A stretch of DNA of 64,000 nt, from contig MU008210.1 of assembly GCA_010909165.1 (NCBI GenBank), positions 248,001-312,000 on the forward strand. Direction: 5' to 3'. Position 1 is the first letter of the stretch. Every line of letters starts with the position of its first letter. This DNA is from Anthoceros angustus (lineage: Eukaryota; Plantae; Anthocerotophyta). A program made the position numbers and the translations under genes. Below, one piece after another: positions 27,330 to 37,100 of this stretch. Under the pieces are notes generated by a model. It made no database searches. It was not told the origin of the DNA and saw nothing but the letters and a program-made list of their open reading frames with translations.

Positions 27330-28943
27330 TTCACCACATCCTTGTGCCTCAACTTGTCAAAACGTAGTGTGATGTTTGACTCATCACATTTTGCATGACC
27401 AAATCCAAGGGCATTCCACATTCGACATCCTTTTGTGGCCATCGATAAAACGCGCATCTTTCAACTCGCGGATCTTGCACACATGTCCCACACCAGCGAT
27501 TGGCAACAAAAAGTTAGTAGGCTGCGCATTCGAGCCTGACAAATGCATAGGGTTTGAAGGGCAGCATTAAAGATTCAGCAGCTCTCAACTCGAGCTCGAC
27601 AAGGATGGCTTGGGACCGATCGCGATCTCGTCACGCCAAATTGTTCACTTTTTCTTTTGGTCCTTCACCGAGGTGGAGCTCCGGCTTAGTGGATGAGTGC
27701 ATCAAGCTCGGTTGATCGAGAATCGGCGGATCGAAGGTAATCAAACATATACTGCCGGTGCATTATACATCGAGGCTCGAACTTCACCCCACTAACGTGG
27801 TGAAGTACAAAATGTTGAACCGCCATCCGCGCGGCTACTACTTGCACACTCCGGTAGCGGTGGGACTGCCAACCCGGTCGGCTCAGATTCAGCACAGGCA
27901 ACTCCCTGTACGTCTTGGTCACTAGATTGAAAATGCAAGAATCTAGTGATACCATTGGATCCTCCCCATCCCGCGGACTTGTCTCAGCGACAACAATGTA
28001 GCCGTCACCTGTGGCTGCTGCGAACACGGTGTCGGGAACCCACAAGGCACTCCGCCTCAAGCTCAGATCGCAGCACCAAAATAAATCGCAATATCTCCGT
28101 GGAAGGAAGGACAAATCCATCTCCGACGGCCCTTGAGCTCCTAGGCCTCTCTTCAGCAGCTCTCAACTCGGTAGCTCGACAAGGATGGCTTGGGACCGAT
28201 CGCGATCTCGTCACGCCAAATTGTTCACTTTTTCTTTTGGTCCTTCACCGAGGTGGAGCTCCGGCTTAGTGGATGGGGTGCATCAAGCTCGGTTGATCGA
28301 ATCGGCCTCGCGATCGAAGGTAATCAAACATATGCCCGCCAGTGCATTATACATCGAGGCTCGAACTTCACCCCACTAACGTGGTGAAGTACAAAATGTT
28401 GAACCGCCATCCGCGGCTACTACTTGCACACTCCGGTAGCGGTGGGACGCCAACCCGGTCGGCTCGATTCAAGAGGCAACTCCTGCGTCTTGGTCACTAG
28501 ATTGAAAATGCAAGAATCTAGTGATACCATTGGATCCTCCCATCCAGCGGACTGTCTCGGCGACAACAATGTAGCCGTCACACCGCTGCTGCGAACGTGG
28601 TGTCGGGAACCCACAAGGCACTCCGCCTCAAGCTCAGATCGCAGCACCAAAATAAATCGCAATATCTCCGTGGAAGGAAGGACAAATCCATCTCCGACGG
28701 CCCTTGAGCTCCTAGGCCTCTCTTCAACAGGGCGCGCTCCACAACGCACATTGTAGCAGGACCTGACTCCACATCCTGATCATTAAATTTTGCAGCATGC
28801 TCCTCCAAGAAAAGAGGCGACCTCATGTACGTGTACCACCGTCTACACGCATGCTCGAAGCGAAATGCGCTTGCCAATGGCAGAGAGGACAGCACTTCGC
28901 CCACAACGTCGTCAGGGAGGTTCTCCCACAATGTTGCGTCCAT
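27330..28943 (-). pseudogene. F-box protein with FBA/kelch-like C-terminal region, disrupted by an internal ~600 bp duplication and frameshifts
   Basis: N-terminus LWENLPDDVVGEVLSSLPLASAFRFEHACRRWYTYMRSPLF is an F-box. Downstream MDLSFLP and CIFNLVTKTYRELP are typical of plant F-box-associated domains. ~27590-28170 is repeated at ~28180-28730. The 3' end is approximate. Confidence 0.85.
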
Positions 28944-29799
28944 ATCGGGGCCCCCATCGCTACGACTTGGGGTCCAAAACAGCGAGCCGTAGCATCACCT
29001 GATGCGCCATATCTCGCTCTGCACCAAGTTCCCAAGCAAGTGCACAACAAATTGTAGATTTTTGCTGCAACTTGGAACTCAACGGTTCAATGATATTGGA
29101 CTAATACAAAACCCTACATATATAGCCTGAGACTAAAATTGACGAAACAAAGAACATGATAATCCTAGAAGGGGATTAATATACGAACCCCCTTCCACAC
29201 TTTCAAAACCCCCTTCACAAAAGACATCGTTAAATGCGCATTATGGCGAATCCACGATTAAGCGCACCATGCTAAAACCCTTTTCTTGGAAAACTACAGA
29301 TTCAAAAATCCATGAAACAAAAGGTCTTTGTTGGCGCGGCGATCGAACTTCCTTGCCCACTATGGTTTCTTACAAAGGAAATCATGATCTCACAGTTTCA
29401 AAAACCTCTTCTGTCCCTCCAAAAAAGTCTTCCCTCTACAAAGATCCTTCATGCGGACTGATTCATACTGTGCTTGGGTGGCTTCTGAATCTAAAATAAC
29501 TGCTAGGTTGCGCATGCATTCCAATTCTACTGCGTCGAAGCTGTCATTTTCTGCAAAAGTCTTGCGTCTTCATCTTCTTCGTTGTCTCTTTCCTCCTTGT
29601 CGCCACCACTCGCAGACTGCCATATAGTGTCCAGGGTTTGTGGTCCTTCCTCCAGCAAGTCCCCTGTTTGCGTTTTCATCCTCCTTGCACTAAGTAGAAC
29701 AACCTGAGCCCTCAAACAATTTTTTCACTCATACAAACCTCTTTGGCCCAGACCTGTGCTGCTCCTCTCTGGTGGGCGTCGAATGTGAGCTCCTCTTTC

Positions 29800-32730
29800 C
29801 AGTCTGGCAAAACCTCGAAACCTTTGTTTCGAGGTTAACATCTGCTCGTTCTGCGTCCATGGATTACCTTGGCTCCTTGACGACACCGCTTCTTCCAACC
29901 AGTGACCTTATGGTGAGTTTTCACTCAGCCCTTTGTTTTCCCGACTCTAGTCTTCTACCTTCGCTCCCTCCTTGCCTCTTCACCTCAAGCATCCATCCCT
30001 ATTGTTCCTGCTCGAGAGGGGGAAGATGAACAGGCCATTGTTGATCCTTATGAAAACAGAGAAGACTTTGGTGCTCTTAATCCACAAGACCCAGAGACTG
30101 TTCCTGCTCCACCTTCTCCTGTAATACTTGATCCAGCCCCCGAGCGAAGATATCCTTCGCGTCATCGTCAACCGAGACACCTCTGGAATGAGATCCCCTT
30201 TGATTTAGAGTTCAATCAAGCTGGCTACACCACCACTGCTGTAGGTCATTTCAACGCCTTCAGTGTTGCCCCTTCAGAGGGAGATCCTCTCACTCTTCAA
30301 GAGGCATATTCGCGACCTGATGCAGCTAAGTGGAAGTTCGCTATTGATGATGAATATAATTCTCTTATCAAAAACAATACTTGGACTCTAGTAAACTTGC
30401 CTAAAGGCAGAACTACTGTCAAATGCAAGTGGGTTCTCAAAACTAAATTCCAGGAGGTTGAACCTCGTATTCGCTATAAGGCGAGACTAGTGGCTAAGGG
30501 TTATAGTCAGAAAGAGGGAGTGGACTATCAGGGCGATAAGGTTTATTCACATGTAGTCAAAAGCTTGAGAATGCTCATGGCTTTATGTGCCGAGCTTAAT
30601 CTGGAAATTTATCAGCTTGACATTTGTATTGCTTTCCTTTATGGTCATCTGCAAGAAGAGATCTATATGGATCAACCAGAAGACTATGAAGATGAGCAAT
30701 ACCCAAACAAGGTGTGTAAACTTATTCGTTCTATTTACGGACTAAAGCAAAGCCCACGTTTATGGTATGAGAGAATGGACTCTTACCTCAAGAAGATAGG
30801 TTTTATCCAAAGTGAAGCAGACACCAATATCTATGTACTCCGCAAGGACAGCTCCCTTGTGCTGGTTGCACTATATGTTGATGACTTAGTTATTCCTGGC
30901 AACAATATTGAACTAGTTAACAAGATTAAAGCTGACCTTAGTAAAGAATTCGAGATGAAGGATCTCGGCAAAGTTAAATATATTCTTGGTATGCATGTAC
31001 ATAGAGATACCACGGTGCTATCTATCTCCATCAAGGAAGATATGTGGTATGTTAAAACACTTTAATTTGGAGAATGCGTCGGCCACAGGCCGTGGGTGTT
31101 AAGCTTTCATCGCTACATCCACAATCGAGCAGGAAAAGAAAGAGATGGAAAATATTCCTTATCATATGGGAGTTGGTACTCTCATGTTCTTGAGTAATCA
31201 GACCGGACGATATCTCAAATCATAAATGCTATTGCTCGGTTCTCGAGAATCCGAGGAAAGGATCACGGGTTGCTCTCAAGCGCATCATGCGGTACCTCAA
31301 GGGTACTCCAAATTATGGCCTCTGCTTCAAGCCTAGCGGAAAGAAGCATCTCTTGACATGCTTTGTCGATGCATTGGGCTTGACACGAAAAAGTATCTCA
31401 GCATATTGCTTTCTTGCTGGCTCCACTGTTGTTAATTGGTCTTGTAGAAACAAGCTGCAATATCACTTTCATCAACAGAATCGGAGTACAAAGCACTCAC
31501 TGAAGCCACGAAAGAGGCTGAATGGGAAAGAAAGCTATGTGAAGATTTGGATATGAAGCGGGAAGAATAGCTTAATTGTGACAATATGTCAGCCATTGCT
31601 CTTGTCGCTAATCCGGTCTTTCATGCGCGCACGAAGCATATTGAGATTCAACACCATTATATTCGTGACGCTGTTGAGAGAGGAATTGTTAAGGTATAGT
31701 ATGTACCCACAGATGACAATACAACAGATATACTGACAAAATCCTTGCCGAAGTTCAAACACTGCTTCCACAGAGAAGGGCTTGGATTGGTTGGTATGTG
31801 ACTTTTGCACTTGGACCAATCACACATTTGGTGAGGCGCATCTTATCTCGAGCGTTCGATTACTTGAAGTTGTGACTATTGTAGACCGCTTCAATTTGGA
31901 GAATGCGTGCGGCGCCACACAGCCGTGGGTGTTAAGCTTTCATCTGCTACCTATCCACAATCAGAACAGGAAAAGAAAGAGATGGAAAATATTCCTTATC
32001 GTATGGGAGTTGGTACTCTCATGTTCTTGAGTAATCAGACCAGACCTGATATCTCAAATACTGTAAATGCTATTGCTCAGTTCTCAGAGAATCCAGGAAA
32101 GGATCACTGGGTTGCTCTCAAGCGCATCATGCGGTACCTCAAGGGTACTCCAAATTATGGCCTCTGCTTCAAGCCTAGCGGAAAGAAGCATCTGCTACTG
32201 ACATGCTTTGTCGATGCAGATTGGGCTTCAGACGCTGACACCCGAAAAAGTATCTCAGCATATTGCTTTCTTCTTGGCTCCCATTGTTAATTGGTCTTGT
32301 AGAAAACAAGCTGCAATATCACTTTCATCAACAGACTCGGAGTACAAAGCACTCACTAAAGCCACGAAAGAGGCTGAATAGGAAAGAAAGCTATGTGAAG
32401 ATTTGGATATGAAGCAGGAAGGGCCAACATTGCTTTATTGCGACAATATGTCAGCCATTGCTCTTGTCGCTAATCCTGTCTTTCATGCGCGCACGAAGCA
32501 TATTGAGATTCAACACCATTATATTCGTGACGCTGCTGAGAGAGGAATTGTTAAGGTACAGTATGTACCGACAGACGACAATACAAGATATCGACAAAAT
32601 CCTTGCGAAGTTCAAACACGCTTCCACGAGAAGGGCTTGGATTGGTTGGTATGTGACTTTTGCACTTGGACCAATCACACATTTGGTGAGGCGATCTTAT
32701 CTCGAGCGTTCGATTACTTGAAGTTGTGAC
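29800..32730 (+). pseudogene. Ty1/copia pol (integrase tail, RT, RNase H) with duplicated RNase H segment
   Basis: DPLTLQEA...[91 protein letters not shown]. ~31060-31880 is repeated at ~31880-32730. Confidence 0.95.
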
Positions 32731-32876
32731 TATTGTAGACCGCTTGCTTCAATCTTACTTGCGGCCGGTGATCGGTGAGTTGAGTTTAGTTGAAGACCGT
32801 AGTACTCATACAATACTCCAGTGACAAATGATTATTAGTTCTTTGATTTAGATAACCCAACTAGTATGAGAGGGAG

Positions 32877-33067
32877 AGTTAGAAGTACATACCGCGTTGG
32901 TTATGGTTAGCTTAGCTTAACCAAGCGTGGTCATACCCTTTGGTATCTTGTACCGAAGAGGTACAACTCTTCATACACAGGCTATAAAAGCCCACCTCTT
33001 GTAATCAATTGTATCAATTAGTAAGCACTAAACTTTGATCAAACGCTTCCGCAAAGCACCTCAAACT
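32877..33067 (+). mobile_element. Copia 3' LTR, ~191 bp, non-canonical termini AGTT...AACT, preceded by PPT GAGAGGGAG
   Basis: The PPT lies ~140 bp after pol; TATA-like CTATAAAAG is inside; inverted copies at 41058-41241 define the same ends. Confidence 0.85.
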
Positions 33068-33373
33068 CTGGGCGCCCGTGGTGGACTCCTTTCCGCTGAG
33101 GCATGGCCTACAGTTGTGTTGTGTCGTTGTAGGTCGGGAGTTGGTGAATTTTGAAGCAGTGCAAGTGGTGCAGCTGCTGTAGAGGGAGAGTTAGAGGGCG
33201 CCTTGCTTGTTGAGGGGGGTGAGGTTGTGAATGGGTGAAGGCAACGATTGATCTCTTAGAATCCGGCTATCCACACAAGTCTCATGGGATGAAACCCAAC
33301 GTACTGAGCGACAGTGGAATAAGTGTGGCCACTAGAGGGTGAATCTCGGAAGCCCTAGGATTTTCCTCCCACA
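33068..33373 (+). mobile_element. 3' end of gypsy LTR family A, interrupted by the copia
   Basis: Ends ...TTTTCCTCCCACA like the copies ending at 8696 and 47925. Confidence 0.85.
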
Positions 33374-34184
33374 TAATCATCACTTGCTCAAAGTATCTCT
33401 AGCATTAAGCAGATAAACAAAAGTACAAGTGTTTATAAAGTCTAGGTAGTTACTGGTAGTTGTAACCAAAATAACCAATTAGCTAAAAATGAGTGACTAC
33501 TTCTAGCCCCAGGATTTAATTAAATATTAATCTAGACACTTCTAGGTGCCCTAATAAATAGTGTCCAAATTATCTTAATATTTCATCAAATTCCAGGATG
33601 TTGAAGTCCATGATCGAGATTTGAGAAACCGCTATCGAGAATTACACCTTCGAACAACTATATATGTAACATACTGGGATTGAATAATTAGAGCATTCGC
33701 AAGCAAAGCTCTATTTAGGGTTTTGTTTTGCATCACTGCACCGAATCTGCAGCACATTTGAGGGCACATTTGAGGGCACGGCATGGGGGTGAGCGCAACT
33801 TCCTAGCACTTAGTGGTTTAGGAACAGAGGACTTGCACGCGAAGGCCTCCGATCGCGAGGTCTTTCACGCGAAGGCAACCCACAAGCGGGGCAGCCAGAA
33901 TTGCAGCGGCGCACCAAGCCTGGTTCGAGCATCAATGTTCCGCAAAGGTATGCAGCTTTCAACGCTACAGTCTCACATGGAGCATGTCGGTTTGGAAACC
34001 CTGTTGGGTTTGAAACCTTGACATGTTTTGAAACCGAGATACGGTTTCAAAACCCTTTCAAGTTTTGAAACCGAGATATGGTTTTGAAATGGCATACACT
34101 CTTGTTGTAATCAGTCTTTTGCTCGTGTTTACGATTTTGTAATCAGTCTTATGCCCTCATCCTTGTTTGCTTTGCGCTTCCACC

Positions 34185-37100
34185 ATGGCACGCTCCCAAC
34201 AGCGGAAGAAAGTTTGGTTTGAAGCGGCTTTTGGGGCTGGGGCACAAAATCAGAACAATCCTACGCTTCATCCCGACGTGACCTTGCGCAAAGGAAGTTG
34301 AGGAAAAGCGCGTGAAGGCCACCAAGTCCAAAGAGCATCCGCGGCGAACCAATCCTTAGTGCCTCAAGACTAGGACGATTGTGCAAAGGTAAGCAGGCAA
34401 AATCTTTGTGGCTTCCTCTTCGATGGCATGTGCAAATAAGGACTTATGAGGATGCATGTTGGTTGTCCTCTATGGTTGCATCTGGAGACTTCATGCCAAT
34501 GCTTGCGAATGGTGCTGCGTCTGGTGTGCTTGAATTGTCAGTTCAGGGCATCTTCACTCTAATGATCTGTGTAGCAACAATAAAGATTTCAGGGCAGCTC
34601 TTGTTTTGTTTGCTTGTTCGATGCCTTTTACATTTTCCTCCTCCGGCCCTCCCGCTTTGTTAATTAGTAATTCCCACCTAACCTAGTGCCTTGTGCTGCC
34701 GTGGTGACTAAGAACATGGAGATTTTGCCTTGTGCAGATGGTTGGAGGCACACGGAGCAAGGACGTTTTGGTTGTCTCTGATCCTAGAGAAGTAGGCAAG
34801 GTTGGCAAGAGGAAGCGCAACGACGAGCAAGCCAAGACCCGCTCCGCCGATCGCCCAACTGCGGATCCGATTCCAGCAAGCAAGGAGGAGGAGATCAGGT
34901 CCCCTGGCGAGAGTGCTAAATGCAAGAAGGCCTCGAAGTCCACCTCCGTCCCTGGTGGAGGAAGACCCACGAGGCCTAGTGGAGGCGTGGCTATCGATAA
35001 GTCGACTGATCAACACGATGCTAGAGGGAAATCGAGGGAGGAACAATGGCTGGAGGCAAGCCTTCTATAAGTGCAGCAGAAATTGCAGGCCAGTGCAAAG
35101 GAGGTGGACCCAAACCACAAGCTAAGGCTGGGAGCTCTCACTCAAAAGCAAAGCATCAGAATGCTGGCAAGCTTCAATTGAGCGCTCCAACAATTGTGCT
35201 CAAAGATTAACTCACGTTGAGCGGCCTGTGGCCCCCTTCAATCGCAAGCAAAGTGTAATTGTGAAGAAACTGAGAGAGGTTGTCCACTCCAAGGTTCTTT
35301 TGGAGAATGAGTGGCATATTGTTATGCCCACCACCTCGGATGATGAAGATAAGCCTTCCCCTCTCGTGGCGCTTTGGGTGAGTGGATTGGAGGTTGCAAA
35401 TGCCAATCAAGCATTGAGGGCAGGTTGGATAATCTGGGCTTGGCTGTCCACAATTGAGGCAGATATTACAATGGAGATCCTGTGCACGGTGAGGCCGGGA
35501 CTGCCTTTGTGTGACTCCAAAGACGACTATAGGATGCTCGTTTTGACCCTAGATAAAGTGGAAGCACGGCGTTGCCTGCCAACAGATGTGAAGATCAAGC
35601 TCAAGGCCGCCCAGCACGTGGAGGATGTGAGTCCTAACCACTTTTATTTTTCATGCTTGTTTCTTAGACTTTAAAAGGAGGGTGCACAGCCTATGGCGCA
35701 CCCTACTGGGTGCGCCGCCTACCATCGCACCCAAAGGTAGGCTGCGCACCCTCTTTTATTTCTAAATTGTTCATCGGTTTTGAGGAGGGTGCACAGGCCT
35801 ATGGCGCACCCTACGCCAACCTGCCAGCACACCCTGCCTATGGGTTTATGGCTTGCCGGTGCACCCTACCTGTGGGTGCGCCGGTAGGCCGGCACAATGA
35901 GGGTGTGCCGAGGCCGGCGCACCATCGTTATTTTCTTAGTTATCCTTTGGTTTTTTGTAGGGTGGGCTAGCTTACCGAGGAGGGTGCGCAGGGTACCAGC
36001 GCACCCTCCCTCTTGTTTTCTCTCTTTACATCTTGGGATTTGTTTATGGTGAGCGTTACTAGCTGAGTATAGCTTCTAGTTTTGTTCCTAACTTTCATAT
36101 TTCATTCATACCAGAATGGGGAGGTTTTCTATAGCATAATCCTACGGTTCATCGTGGATGGAATCAATGACAGCCCACTTTTGAAGGATGAGGGACAAGG
36201 CATCCAGCGAAGTCTCTTTGCGGACACCATGTCGCAAGCTCTGTTCTTCCAGTTGGTGGGAAGCGGGTGAATTTTTCAGACCAGCTGAACAGTGAAGAGG
36301 ATGTAGCAGATGATCAATCTGGGGACAAGGATGCATCCGAGGAAGATGAGGATGTTGGACAGGCGGAGCAGGTTTCGAATGTTGAGGGGCAGGAAGAGGT
36401 CGAGTTAGAGGATGACTCTCTTGCTCCCGCTAACCTCACTGACCTAGAGGCCACGAGGGAGAGGTTGAATCAGACCTTTGTGGCATATCACCAGGATCTG
36501 AGCCCTTTAGCCCCTAAAGACATGGGCATGAAGGCGCCCGAAACGCAGCAGTGTGGTAAGGGGAAAGGCAATCAGACTGGTGAGGAGAAAGGGAAGCAAA
36601 AGAAAGCAACCAATGAGAAATCACCTAAACAGTCAAAGAAGAAGAAGGTGAAATCTCCTACTATTCTGACCCGACCAATGTCAACGGACGAGGATAGGTT
36701 GCAGCAAGATGTTGTGCAAAAGGATCCCTTGAACCTTCTGCGCGAGAGTGCTAAGAAGAAGAAGATCCAGCCCACAACAGCAATCATCCCTCTTCACTGC
36801 CTGAGGAGTGCGGAATATCTGACCCAAGATGCCATGATCCGAAGAATCGACACCTCCTGGTCCAGCTTCCTCGAGCGGGAGATTCGCAAGGGGCATGTGG
36901 AAGAGGGCGTCTTGCCCATCTTGGTCATGGTGGACCCTCAGCAGTGTCCGACCCGGAAAGGCGGGATGAACTGATGTTTGAGAAGGAAGAGTACACTTTG
37001 GCGTGCTTGGCGGCAACCATTGTTTCAGTGTGAGGAGCCTCACCACCGCAATTCCCAACCTTGCCGCAGACAAGTATATGGAGGGTCACATGTATGTGGC

